Origin: Lama glama
Lineage: Eukaryota
Direction: 5' to 3'
Assembly (NCBI GenBank): GCA_028534125.1
Contig: CM052816.1
Location: 20,896,001 to 20,960,000 of the forward strand
DNA: 64,000 bases
Shown: positions 41,529-55,194 of the stretch, one piece after another
Numbering within the stretch: position 1 is the first letter of the stretch
How the letters are laid out: each line of letters starts with the position of its first letter
Made by a program: the position numbers and the translations under genes
Notes under the pieces: generated by a model
Database searches by the model: none
What the model saw: the letters and a program-made list of their open reading frames with translations, nothing else
What the model was told of the DNA's origin: nothing

Positions 41529-42203
41529 TGTAAGCAGATAAGGTAGGGGGTCCCCAGACAACAAGAACCAGATATGGTTTTCTTGACATAAACGAAGCCA
41601 TTTTTGGTCTAAACCATTTTGTGATCTAAGCCTAGCCACAATTCTTGCCCTTAAACAAGACTCAGTAATTAATGATCTTAAGGAAAGTGAGGGAATGCAG
41701 GAACAAAGGAAAAGCAAGCAGTCAAGAGACTAATAGTTCAATAGTAAAACAGTCCTAGTTTCTCCTCAAGGGATGTCCATAACAATCTGATACACATCTG
41801 TCATTTCTATGAGAACTAAGGCCCCCGCTCAGGTAGAGGATAGAATAATGATGTTGAGCTTTTCTGACCCTCATGGCTTCAATTAGCTAAAGCTTTATCC
41901 CAATTCTATGTCGAATTCTCCTCTGCTCAAGCCCCTTCATGAATATGCATAGACCGCCCAAGCCTCTTCATCGATATGCATATACCCTTAGCTTAAAACT
42001 TCCTCAATTTTGCTGTTTGGGGAGACACTGCTTTGGGAAAGATCCCCAGTGTTCCCCTTACTTGCTGCAAGTAATAAATCCTTCCTTCTCCTGGTCTTTG
42101 TTGTGATCGTGTCTTTTGACTCAACACCCACCAAAAGGTGAATCCAGTTTTTTGGAGGGTTTTTTTGTTTGTTTGTTTGTTTGAGTTCAGTTTTTGAGTA
42201 ACA
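41529..42203 (+). mobile_element. ERV solo LTR (ERV1-like)
   Basis: Starts TGTAAGC, ends GAGTAACA; TATA-like CTTAAAA, AATAAA near 42073; flanks AGGG/AGGC resemble a 4-bp TSD. Confidence 0.7.
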
Positions 42204-43443
42204 AGGCTGCCCTTTGCTGAAATGCCTAAACTACCTAAAAGATTACTATGACTGGGTTATGAACTCTGTCTTTGCCTTCTGTCTTGCAGGAGGCCTCCAC
42301 AACCTTTAGCTAAATTAGCAAAAAGCACATCCATATCTTTTTCTGTTCCAACTTCATACCTACCTGCCTTATTTGCCTTGGCACTGGTTCCAGTTAAAAT
42401 ACCACTGAGCCTGTCAATCTTTTTAACAATTTGTCCTTCTCAAAATAAAGCGTAACTAACATCAGTCACAGAGAGTACTCATCCTGCTAAAAATAGTTCC
42501 CTGGATCATCAAACTTATAGCTCAAGAGGCTATTCTGGGATATTTAAATAAATGAAGTCAGAAAAAGTTATTTAAGAATTCTAAAGAATCTAAAGGGACA
42601 AGCTTCCAAGAATCACAATTGTGAAGCAATAAATTTGCCAGCATATTTAATGTTAGAGGCACTGTGGGTGGAGCACAAGTTCTTTTCTAAAATACTCAGA
42701 GCATCTTGCGTATTTTAGAAGGAAGTTGTCAAATACCTTTCTCTGGTATGATGATTAAATTTAATTCTAAGCAGTTAGCAAGGCTTTTGTTTGTTCGTTT
42801 TAAATATACAGTATTCAGGAATGAATGAAAATAAACAGTGTTCATAGCCTTTCCACAAGAGACAAAAGTTTTTCAGTCAGTTGTGAATTCATAATCTTCC
42901 CTGCCAAGTGTTCAGTGGAATCGTGTCCTACATTCTGGAGCAGCTTCTGCAATTCTTTGCTTCACGAGGAATGTGCAAGCTCAGATAATGGTGTTTTCTG
43001 GCTTCAGTGATATCACAGTGAGTGGACCAGGGTGATAGTCAAAGCAGCACTCCTTTCTTAAACTCTAAAATTCTAATAACTCAATAATATAGGGAATTAC
43101 CTCATCTCTACCGCCTACAGTACATGCCATTGTGCTGAGTGATTTGGATATAATAATTCATTTAATCTTCACAGCGGACCAATTAGGTAGGTGTTATTTT
43201 CCAGTTTTAAAGATGGAAAAAAACAGACCTGATAAGGTTAAACAACTTGTTAAAGGTCACACAGCTTTTAAAACTCTGACTTTGACAGTGGCCTCCTGCA
43301 ACTATACCACCGATTTCTTTAAGCTCCTGTGCCTTGTAAAGGCTCATGGGAATAATTATGGGAAACACAAAAGGATAAGACAAAAAATTCAATGAGGGTC
43401 ATTTACTGTTGATGTTTTGGAATACTTTCCTTCCTTTCAGTAG

Positions 43444-43580
43444 TTTTGTTTGTTTGGTTTTTGGCGGGGGATGGGGGAGGTAACTGGATTTTTTTTTTTT
43501 TTTTTAACTACAATACTGAGGATGGAACCGAAGACCTCATGTATGCTGGACATGCACTCTACCACTGAGCTGTACCCTCC
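43444..43580 (-). mobile_element. tRNA-derived SINE (Vic-1-like)
   Basis: CTCTACCACTGAGCTGTACCC; T-rich tail; TSD CCTTTCAGTA. Confidence 0.8.
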
Positions 43581-45673
43581 ACTTCACCTTTCAGTATTTT
43601 TGTTATGTATATACGATGGTTGAATTTGGTTGTGCCTTTTTTAATATTAGGTTAAATTAGACTTCCCTAAACTGTGTTCTGTGAGCTATTAATAGGTTAA
43701 TATTACCATTTTAAATGCTCTGATAGGCCTAGAGAAAACCTGCTTAAACTTTGTTTAATTATGAATATAAGTGTAAATATAAGAAGTACTGGTCAAGAGC
43801 ACAATTTAGTCTCCAATTTTTTCCCCTCAAGTATTTTTCTAATCATAACACTGTTCTGATACAGAAACTACCATTACAGTTCTCTTCTAACTCCAGTTGG
43901 CTGAAATCCTAGTGTCCTTCCTCACTGTATCATACTGTCTGCTTACGTAGTAGCACTATGATCTCATTCTGAGGTCCTTCCCCAAAGCCTCACTCTTTCG
44001 TCCTTCTTCAGGTGGATTATACTTATGCATATGTCCTGTTGGATCATCGGTTGCAACTCTTTCTCTCTTTATAATCTTATAATGCTGGATGAACTTTGCA
44101 TTGATTTCTTCGTGTCACACAAGCTGATCTGATCATAAAAACTGACCCCCTTCATCTAGGTCCCTTGATCACTAACTTCCTCTTCTGACTCACAGCATCC
44201 TTACCTATCGGCTCCACCTTCTCCTCAACCAGACCCACACTCAGCCTTCTTCCACCTCTAGCAGCTGACATTTTAACTCCGCCCCAAAGTCCTGCCTGTT
44301 GGCCTGGTTTGCTGAGGGCAGAAACATGACTCTGACCTGCTCAGCCCAGTTCTGCTCTGGCTTGTCCTGTTCCTGAGCACAGAGGAAGCCCCAAGGGAGC
44401 TATCCTGCCATAGTAGCAGCTGCCATCTCCTGTCTACAAATTACAAAATTCTCTTACCATCTTTTGTTTAAACTATCAAATTCATCAGGACTCAGTGTAT
44501 CCTGTGCTGGTTTCCCTTCAGCTAAATACAGCTCCTTTGTCTCAGAACACAAGACTCTTTTCTTCTTGCTGTAAGATTCAATGACAATGATTTTAAAAGG
44601 CCATATGTCCTCCAATAATAGGTCACTTTTCAGGTTTCCTGATTGAAGAGGAATCTGAAGTGTGAATATTTGTAATTTGATAAGACTCAGTGTTACTATA
44701 AACAATTTCATGTGGCATTCTGCCCATACATTGCTTCACAATGAAAGGAGGACCATTTATTTTCTTTGTTGACATGTAACTAATGTTCAAACGCAATGTG
44801 AGTTCAAAATCTAAATATATCACAGACGATTACAGTTTGACACTTGAACACCAGCCAGGCAAGTCCTAACTCAGAGAAGAGTGACTAACAGGTTTTCCTG
44901 GCAAGAGCACAGGAATCCATCCCCATGGCCAAAGGCAGCAGGATCAGCAACAGCATGCTGAAACTAGAGAGGAGAGGACTTGAGCTCACTGGAAGCATCA
45001 GAGTTTCTCTTCCAGATAAGACAAAGACAAGCCTGGAAAAGGTAACCAGAAGAAACTTCTACTATGGAGATATTGTGAAACAAAAGCATGATAAGAACTT
45101 TACGAATTCTGAAATGCCTTGACAGAGTAAGTTACTCAGCAAAGAGTAGAAATGTGGTTAGTAAGTCATTCTTCAAAATGGGATGACTAGCCCTTTAAGA
45201 ATATATTCAGTCTATTAAATATGGCTTTAATATTTCCACTATAGGCAAAAGTTTATTCTTCAAAAAGAGCAGTGACCTTAAAGATCCCAGCTGAATATCC
45301 TTACTGGGTTCATCAGTCTGTGCCAGTAAGTGGAGCTGGTGAAATCTTTTTTATTCCTATACTAGTAGCACATGTTGTGAGCAGTCAGGAAGGAACAGCA
45401 TACTTATTTTTGGCAGGTCAATCTTAGCCCTAAATGAGAAGAGATCCAGGTGCCCAGGAAGGTTCCACCACACTAAAAGACCTCTTCCACTCATTCAGAA
45501 CGTCAGTGGAGTGACTAAAATGCCTCCACTGGGGCTCCTCTCTGTTCTTAGCGATTTTTCTCTAGAAGTAAAATCCCCTTCCAAAGTGGAGGGGACACAG
45601 TGACAATCTGGCATCTCCATGTAAATGAACAGAAAGTATAACCACGTGGTCGAGAGGAAGTTCATGAATGAGC

Positions 45674-45750
45674 TTCTCTCTCTCTCTCTTTCTCTCTCTC
45701 ACTCTCTCTGTCTCTCTCTCAGACACACACACACACACACACACACACAC
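45674..45750. repeat. Compound (CT)n(CA)n microsatellite
   Basis: Read directly from the sequence. Confidence 0.95.
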
Positions 45751-46889
45751 CCCACTCAGCTTTTACTTTCAGATTCCATAGGTGAGTGTCTTTCTCTAGA
45801 ATTTTCAGTGAAATTTCCTAAAGCACTGCAATATTTGGCACTTGTGAGGCAAGGCTGGCCACTTGCCCTGCCTCTGTGAGGAGTAGCTATCTTGACTGAA
45901 GTTGTGGTTGCTGATAGCAGAGCCATCCTATCGGAACTACAAGAGGGAACACAGGGTAATGAAGCAGTAATAATTACAACTGTGATAATGGTACCAGAAA
46001 AGACAAAGACAAACAGAAATAAAAGTCCAGAAATACACCCAAGTATTAGAATTCAGTAAATGATACATGGCATTTCAAACTAGTGAGAGAGAGTGATGAT
46101 GTTGGGACATTAGCTTACCATTTGGGAAAAAAATTTTAGATTCCTATCTCAAATTCTGCAAGAATATATTTCTGATAAATCAAATACTTAAAATCTACAA
46201 ATTAAATTTCAAAAATAAAAACATACAACTAACAGAAAATAAAAGTAAATATATACATATACATATATATTTATATAAACACACACACATAGTGAACTTC
46301 TGCAAACATAGCAACAAACACAAAAACAGTAAAAGCAAAGAAAGAAAAATGAATGCAAAAAAGACCATAAACAAAATGAAAAGCAGTACGTAAAAGGTCA
46401 GAAAAATCACCCAAAATTTGGAGATAGGACAAAAAGATTAATGGTTGCTCTTTCAATATCAGACTGAAACATCTAAAAAGCCTACCTGAGGATCCTGTGA
46501 TTCTGGAGGATAACGTCACTTTGTTTGACTTGCTATTTTCTATCAATTAGGGCCCAGACTTCATCAAATTAGATGTTAACTTATAGAAGATTGACAAGTC
46601 TCAAACGGTGTTTGTTTGGGAGATGCAAATAATTTCTACCTGGTAGAAAAGATATTCCCAAAGACTGTGTTTTTATTGCCCTGTAGAACAACAACAGGTT
46701 TTCTATTTAATTTAGCTATCTAATTTCAGCATTCATTCTTTCTTTCACTTCAGGATCTTGAGTTCTCCATGGAATCAGCTTTACTGTCCTGCTGCTGTCC
46801 TCTCTAATGAGTTAAGTAAATCACTGACATGTCCTCGCTATATATATTTGTATGTTTTTAACTTTTTAAAAGTTACACTTTGTCCTGAA

Positions 46890-47465
46890 GGAGTTAAACG
46901 TAGAATTACCATATGATCTAGCAATTCCACTCCTAGGTATAAACCTAAAAGAATTGAAAACAAAGGACTCAGATAGATACATGTACACCAATATTTACAG
47001 CAGATTATTCACAATTGCCAAAATGTGGTAACAAGCTAAGTGTGCAACAATAGATAAATGGATAAACAAAATGTGGTGTATACATACAATGGACTATTAT
47101 TCAGCCATCAAAAAGAGATGAACCTCTGATACATGGTACAATATGAACAAACCCTGAAAACATTATGCTAAGTGAAATAAGCCAGACACAAAAGAACAAA
47201 TATTACATGATTCCTTATATATGAAGAATCTAGAATAAGCAAATTCATAGAACGTGGAATAGAGGTTACCAGGGATTGTAGGGAAGAGTGGATCAGGGTT
47301 ATTTTTTAATGGATACAGAGTTTCTGTTTGGGATGATGAAAAAGTTCTGGAAATGGATGGTGGTGATGGTTGCCTGACATTGTGAATATACTTGGTGCCA
47401 CACAATTGTACACTTAAAAATAGTTAAAATGATAAATTTTATGTATACTTTCCCACAATAAAAAG
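46890..47465 (+). mobile_element. L1MB-like 3' fragment
   Basis: AGAATTACCATATGATCTAGCAATTCCACTCCTAGG through TTTCCCACAATAAAAA. Confidence 0.85.
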
Positions 47466-47856
47466 TTTATTCTTTGACAGCAACTTGGGAAGAAATATCC
47501 TCAACATATGTGACTTCAAATATTCTTGAGATATAGTTGTCATCAGTCAATCAGAAAAAAAAAATGGACCAAAAATTAGAAGACAAAGTTTATAAAGAAC
47601 AAATTCAAATGGCAAATAAGCATAAAATGTTCGACCTCACCTGGAAATTATTTTAAAGTTAATTAAGACAATAATGAAATTTCATTTTTTCATATCACGT
47701 TGGAAAAATAAAACAAATTACAATATCCCTTACGGCAAAAATATCAGGGAAATTATTATCTGGTTCTGTCTTCCTAGAGAGTATTTTGGGAAAAGGGTGC
47801 ATTCTCTATGACAATAGTTCTATTTCAAGGAATAGATCCTTAAAAAAGGATGGGCA

Positions 47857-47981
47857 GGGTGGGAGGGGATAGCTCTGTGGTAGAGGGCATGCTTATCATG
47901 CATGAGGTCCTGGGTTCAATCCCCAGTACCTCCATTAAAAATAACAGGTAAGTTATTTTCCCCACAAAGAAGAGTGGAAAA

Positions 47982-48016
<35 letters not shown>

Positions 48017-48020
48017 GCAA
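47857..48020 (+). mobile_element. tRNA-derived SINE (Vic-1-like) with (AAAT)n tail
   Basis: TAGCTCTGTGGTAGAG...GTCCTGGGTTCAATCCCCAGTACCTCC. Confidence 0.85.
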
Positions 48021-50573
48021 GCAAGCATGCTTCCCTTTTGTATAAAAGAGAGGGAGTATAGAAGATCACTTAAGGCCCTGCAACCCTACAGCCTGGGTCT
48101 GGATATCAGTTCCAAGGGGCTTGATAGTCTACAAGCCTCAGTTTCCTCACCTGAAAAATGGGGGAAATGATAGGATCGGCCTCATAGAATTGATGTGACA
48201 TATAAATAAGACAGTTATTATAAAATGTACATTGCCTGACACACAGCAATTGCTCAAGAAATATTAGAGATGGCTGTTACTGCTCTAATAGGATATTGTG
48301 TGATTTTCCCCTGTTGTCCCAGAATTGGTGGTTAGGGCCCACAGGTGAGAACAGAAAAGTGCTAACTAACCCACACTCTTATGAAAATTGCCAGTAATTG
48401 GAGCCAGCCAACTTCCCCAAGAGAGTAGGCAGAAACAGCCTAGACACTTCCAGCCTCCTCCTTGCTCCAACCACCCCACCCCTCTTGTCTCTGTAGGAGA
48501 AGTGGGGAGGAGTGAGAGAGCCATGGTGACTTGTGGGGAGTGAATTTCTTCATACTGAGAAGAGATTTCGTCCTCCCAGTAGGAGAAGGGCAGATGATGC
48601 TGTCTCTCCAGGGATGACAAGTGAGAAGGGAGGCCCTTGTCTAGACTGGAGTGAGGTCTATGCTTTAGTTGGCGATTTGCTGAAGCAGCATGCTTGCCAA
48701 TTTCCCCGTTTGAACAAGGAAGAGACAAATATGAACAAGAGAAGAGAAGCCTGGAGGGAGCTAGCTATATGAAGGGACCAAGAACAGAAGGTGATATGGT
48801 GTGACAAGGAAATACATATTTCCCCTAGATCCATTGTACATTGGAATAGGTGGCTAAACTTGGACTGTTTCATCTGACCCTACCCAAGAAGGCTGCTGGC
48901 TGGAAGAGACCCTTGCAACAAGGGGCAGTGGTTGAGAAGAAATGGTCAAGCTGGAGCTGGGATCCCCCTCATCAGGGAACTGTGGAGTGGGAGGCCCAGA
49001 GGGGCCCTCCAAGGACATCAGTACTGGATACATGCCACACAGTGGGTATTAGCACAGAGGCCCATCACCATAGACTAGAGAAGCAGAGAGCATTACAGAC
49101 ACACTCAGGCAAGTGGGAAACCTTTTGATTTGAGGTTTGTATTATTTCCAGCTAAAAGTATCTTAATATACTTCTTTCTCTGTAGACCCAATTTCTCTGT
49201 CTTCATGTACCAGCTGCCCCTCAGCTCTAAATAAACATGCCTCAAGCCCAGCCACACGCAGTGATGAAAACTGAAGATCTTCACTTCTAATGCAAAATCC
49301 CCGGGTAACTGGTCCAGCTTGGATCAGTCAAGCTGGTTCAGTCAAGATACCTGGGAAAACAGAGTCACTAGTACCAGTCTCAGAGGACTGTCATGATGAG
49401 CTAGAAAGGCACCTCAAAAGATGTCTCACACTGTTGATGTAGTGAAAGACAACGTTGTGCCCAGAATACTAGAGAACTGAGGAATCCAGATAGGCTTCAT
49501 TGGGCTTTGAAACAAATATTATAGGGAGTTCATTTACTATACCTCACTTTCTGGAGAGTTTCACAGGGTAATGTGTAGGGACTATGAGGGTTTGAAAGGG
49601 TCAGAGGGATCTAGATCTGAGAGGAAATGAGAGGGTCACTGATTGCTTGAGAGAGAGGGTGGTTATGTCATCGACAATGTGACCACCCTGTACTGCAGCT
49701 CATAAGTCTTCACTAAGATCATGAGATTCTTGGTGTGATGAGATTTCTGGTTGGCACCTGAAAAGAGAATGCAGCTTCATACCCAGGTATGACCTGGGGC
49801 AGGAACAGAGAAACCTAAGAGGAATTAAACCACTAAAAGGGTAGAGTAGTCTCTGAATTACCACAGACCCTGGATATTGGAACCAAGTTTACTCAATTCT
49901 GTCAGTGCACTGAAGCCTCTAGGTGATATCTGGGTTATAATTTGAATGGCAACAAAAAAGAAGGAAACCACAAAGATTTCACCAACAGCAGACTGATTAA
50001 ATCACCTGTGATGAAAGTAAATCCAGTGAAGTTAGAATCATTATCCTTCACAGCATGGAGCTTCTGTGCTGTTTCCCTACCTTCAGGTGGCCTGTTGAGA
50101 AGGAATAATGAGGAGTTTCAAAACTCTTAGGTGTTCCTTAGACTCTAAGGCTTCCAGTCTATATTTGCTTCTTTGGGCACCAACTGATTCAAGGAGTCAA
50201 ATTTCCCTGGAAACCTTTTACGACAGACTATTTCCTCACCATACTGATTCATATACTTTGAGTCCTTAAAGCTCTTAGGTGGTGGGAGTGGGGACTTCTG
50301 TGACCTCTAGCCCACATTAAGCCCTGACTAATAAATCTACCACTTTTAAAACCCACCTTCCAAGTGCAGTAAGTATCCATGTAAAAATGCTTGGGATTAA
50401 AATTCACTTTGAGGATTTACCAATGATAGAAAAAAAAGCCCTTCACACTGATGTTAACCAGACTTACTGGGGTGATCATTTTGCAATATCAAATCATTAT
50501 GTTGTACACCTGAAAGTCATATACTGTTATATATCACTTATACTTAAAAAAAAAAAAAGCCCTTCATAACATC

Positions 50574-50664
50574 TTTTTTTGGGAGGGTAATTGAGCTTAC
50601 TTATTGAGGAGGTACTTGAGATTGAACCCAGGACCTCATGCATGCTAAGCATGCACTCTGCCAC
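50574..50664 (-). mobile_element. tRNA-derived SINE (Vic-1-like)
   Basis: TTGAACCCAGGACCTCATGCATGCTAAGC...TGAGCTATACCC; TSD CCTTCAT(AA/GA)(C/T)ATCT. Confidence 0.85.
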
Positions 50665-51457
50665 TTGAGCTATACCCTTCCCCCTTCATGATATCTATTT
50701 TTAAATGGCTTCATGACCTTTCACTGAAGACAATGGAAAAGAAACAGAATAGTATTTTTACATGCAGAGACAGGACTTGAATGTTTTGTCATAAAAATAA
50801 TCTTGGTTCAACATTTAATGAATGGAAAGGTATAGTACCTAAAGTGGGCAAGGTTTATAGATCTGGTAATCCTTGGAAATATGAAGCAAATCTTAACAAT
50901 GTGCAGAGTTAATTCAAATTTTATCAAATTCTTAAAAGATTGATAAAAATCAGATGGTGCAAAAAGAAAATCTTTATAGCCTATTTACTGATAGCAAGGG
51001 CAAGAAAAAGATCTGTTGACAATTCCAGAGCCTGTCTTGAACCTGAACTGGTACTATGCAAAGTGCTTCTCACAAAAAGATAAGCTTCCCAACCCTGAAG
51101 TGGACTTGGGCTGTATTTGCTTTTTGTGGAGAGAGGCTATCTTGCCATTCTTATTCATAAAACAAAGTAATTACTACTTTCTTTTCGCTCTACATACCAT
51201 GTAAACTGAGCCTTGGTTTTAGCATTTTTCTGATTAGGATTCTAATAAGAAATGAGTTAGAGTTGTTTATTTTGAAGTAGTTTGGCAAGTTTGGATTTTT
51301 TCACTAGTAGCACTGGTAACTGGGAAAAAAATAAAGCTTTTTTTCAGTTGTTTTATCTATCACAGAAAGGAGAGCTTGATACTATAAAATATTACTAGCT
51401 TCATATTTTTTAAACCTTAAGATGTACATTCATAGAAAATACTAAACTTTTACAAAT

Positions 51458-51550
51458 TTTTTAAACTTTTTTTATGGAGTTATAGTCATTTTACAATGTT
51501 GTGTCAAATTCCAGTGTAGAGCACAATTTTTCAGTTATACATGAGCATAC
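51458..51550 (-). mobile_element. Short young L1 3' end
   Basis: Near-identical to 23208-23300; flanking TACAAAT duplication. Confidence 0.75.
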
Positions 51551-53306
51551 AAATGTTTAATCTATATACACCTAAGGACCTAAAAATAAGTTTGTATTTT
51601 CCACGTTTTTCACATTCACCCAAAAGTAAAACTTTCCTTTAAAAAGTTGAAAAGAAATAAATTTGTCTAGACTGAACAGAGAAAATGAATCTATGTGAAA
51701 GTCAAATTTTCAAAAAAGAAATATATTCTACAAAGTGATTCCTTTTTTAGGTGCTAATGATAGCTACATAGGAACTGTCAGAATTCTACATTAGGAGAGC
51801 ATCCTCCCACTAAGAGCCAAGAAATGGGGGTAGGATTTATGTGGATACCATGAAATATGAAAAACTGGCACCTTCATTCCAGTCCGGATGGACTGATGTG
51901 ATGATAGAACTCTTACTCCTCATGCCTCATGTTGTGCAACATTACCTTTTGATTTGTCAAATCATGGAAGGAATATTCTCTGTCTTGACTGAGGTGGTGG
52001 TACATCTTTTGTGATTTCGTGGGTGTATACATTTGTTAAAATCCATGAAATCGTACAGTTTAAATCTGTGTATTTTATTGTATGTAAATTATACCTCATC
52101 TTTTAAAAATACTGCCTATACAGACCTAGCACAGTGTCTGACCCTCAATTAATGTAGTTGTTAAAAAAAAAATCACTGAAAAGCAAGGATCTATTAATGC
52201 TGCTTAGGTCAATTTAAAATTCTCCAGACACATATTGTCTGTGATATTTTAAAATATGTTATAGTTAGTTGAGGTTCAGTTATGGGTATAGGAAATATCT
52301 ACATTTCTTAAAAGAAAACCTCAAACATCTCTTTCTGTAGATAGTGGAAAGTATTATGCATTATTTTCTCTTAATCTCTATTTTTAAGTGTTTTCATAAT
52401 GAAAATGAATTGTGTTTTTAAAAAAAAGGAGGAGGGGTGTGGTTTCAAGACTTTAGCTCAAGCTGGTATAAAGTCATTTTCACCTCAGGACCCACATCAC
52501 AGGAAAGGTGCAGTAGAGGGGGTGGGCATCCAGAGAAGTTTGATGAATGAGGTTATTTCTGGAAGAAATATTAGATCATTATTCCAAATCTCACATGCAC
52601 TGTAATAAATTAATCATCATATATCTGACTTGGCAATTAAAATGTGTGGGTTTAGATCACAGAAGTTTATCATGCTCACCAGAAAAGGGAGAGAGAAAGA
52701 AAGCTGAGATGGGGTTTTCAATTCAGCTAGTTTCTTTTGTGCTTGCTATATTTCATTTCTAAATGTTTGGTCACTTGTGAGCCTTTGCAAAACACTGTGT
52801 TAGCTCTCCCACTGTGACCTAGATATGATAAACTTGCATGCAAAGATCTTGTCCAAAGATCCTGCTACAGGATGTAATGCACATCTTTTGTTTTTTTGTC
52901 TGCTCAGCATTTATTCCTTAAAGTATTCCTCAAGTCTTCCTCATTCTGGAGGCCTGCTAATTGTGGGATCCCACATCTGACCAGAGGGATGGGCACATCT
53001 CAGTAAGAAGCCAAGCAAACTTTTATCAGGGAACTTCACTGTTGAGATGAGGCATACAGGTAATGCAGAGGGTTGGACCTAATCACCTGCTGGCAATTGC
53101 CTAAAAAGTTCCCATTCCTAAGATCTGGACTTTTCTGGTTGAAGGCCTTCTTGAGGCTAGGTGTGCACTTCTTCCTTCCAGATTATGAGCTAGCCAATAA
53201 ACCAACAATAAATTCTTTTGTTTATTTAGCCAAAGTTTTGTTTTGTGTTTCTTGCAATTGAATCCTAAAAGATAGAAAGGAATTCATTCTCCATTATCTC
53301 AAAATA

Positions 53307-53644
53307 AAGTCATTCCTCAGTATTCCTGGGGGATTCGTTCCAGGAGCCCCCTCTGCCCTGCCCCTCCATTCCAAAATCTGTGGATGCCCACGTTCCTATA
53401 TAAAATCGTGTAGTATTTGTATAAAATCCTCCTTTAAATCATCTCTAGATTACTTATAATACCTAATACAATGTAAATGTTATGTAAATAGTTGTAAATA
53501 CAATGTAAATGCTATATAAACAGTTAGCAGTACAAATTCAAGGTTTGCTTTTTGGAACTTTTAGGAATTTTTTTTCTGCATATTTTCATTCTATGGTTGA
53601 TTGAATCCATAGATATGCAACCTGCAGATAAGAAGGGCTGACTA
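53307..53644. mobile_element. MER2-like TcMar-Tigger MITE
   Basis: Inverted termini AGTCATTCCTCAGTAT...ATAAGAAGGGCTGACT with TA flanks; internal sequence resembles recalled MER2. Confidence 0.75.
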
Positions 53645-53885
53645 TAAACAAAACTGGCTGGAAGGGAGGGGTTGTGTAATAGAAAAAGCTCAGGGCAGTG
53701 GGCCTTGGATAAATCACTTAACAAAGACATCTTAGTCTCAGTCTCTTAATTTGTAAAATGGGGATCCTTTGGGGGCAAGACATAGAAACCCAACTTGAAC
53801 CATCTTAATCACAAAAAAAAATTTACCAAAGTGAATCTGTAATAACCCAAAGATTCAAATGAAAATACAGTCAAGTCTATCTAGG

Positions 53886-54566
53886 TGAGACAGAAAGGAA
53901 GGGGGCAGAGCACAGCCATTCAAGAAATGACACAGCAGTTAACACCAGAATGGCAAAAGATTCAACCCCCAGTAGGCCTTGAGGCTCAAGATGGTGGGAG
54001 ATTTGACTTCTAGTAGACCTTGAGCTTCATTATACACCTATTGTAATATAGTAACATGGTGAGTAACATGCCCACAGGTGCCATGACCGTTCCAAAGCTA
54101 ACCATAAAAGGTCAAAGAGTGGGCAACGGCCAACTTCCTGGGAATCCCAACCCCTTCCCCAGGGTAGTTGGAATAATCCTCCCACTTGTTAGCATAAGAA
54201 GCTACTGGGCCCATAAAAACTGGCAACACCGCATCTCATGGCTGCCCTTTTTACTCCCTCGTCTTCAAAGATGGCCCACACTCTCTCTGTGGAGTGTGTA
54301 TCTACTTTTAGTCTAACCTGGGCACTCAATGCCCAGGTTAGACTAACTTCCACACCTCGTGGCCTTTCTCTTGCCTTCTGAAACAGCTTACACTCTATGC
54401 ACTAGGTATCTCTCTAAATAAATCTACCTTTACTCAACTGTGGCTCACTCTTGAATTCTTTCCTGGGCAAAGCCAAGGACCCACACTTGGCAGGGCAAGT
54501 CCCAGGGGCTCGACCAAGACCTGGGACACGCCCTCCTATTGCACCACATCCGTTTTTCCTGCATCA
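53886..54566 (+). mobile_element. ERV solo LTR (ERV1-like)
   Basis: TG...CA ends (TGAGACAG...CCTGCATCA); TATA-like CATAAAAA, AATAAA at 54417-54422; flanks TAGG/TTGG. Confidence 0.75.
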
Positions 54567-55194
54567 TTGGTAGGCCTTTTTCTCTCTGTCTCTCTTCTCT
54601 GCTTCTCTCAGGATGTCAATTTTCTTCTCTCCTAAACCAGCAAATCCTGGACTCACAACCACACAGTTGTAAGATCACTTCATGAAGGCATATCACAGCA
54701 AGGCATTGCATCAAGCCCCAAGGTCCCTGAGAAACCCAAGCAGCTGTGTCTGAAGATAAGAGAATGTGACATAACTTTTGAGTATTTAGTTTTCAAGCCC
54801 TCTTGGAAAGTGGAAATAATTGAGGAAGGCAGCTCTTACCCCTTTCTAGGGAGCCGAAGGTACCACTCTCACCAAGCCCAAAGGTGGGTGGAAGGGCCAT
54901 CATTTGGAAAACAAGAGCCTCATAACCACAGAGGCTCAAATGCGACTTCCGCCAGTCCCCTTGCATGGCCACTCCCCTTTACAAAATCAACGATTTCCCT
55001 ACTCTGAACCTCTCTCTTATTTAGTCAAATTAGTCAATTGCCCTCATCCTACTAGAAGGAGAAGAGCTTTTCTTGCTGTACCCAAAGGCAAACGAAGGAA
55101 GAAACTACATTTGATTTTGTACCAGGGTCCCATTTTACAACACTGATGTTTCCTGAATGGTTACAATAACTGCTTGTAAAACATAATGAAAGCT

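Noticed and set aside
44454..44560. ELYLAEGKPAQDTLSPDEFDSLNKR as an AAA+ Walker B motif
   Set aside because: It lacks the four hydrophobic residues before DE and has no Walker A upstream; the resemblance is superficial.
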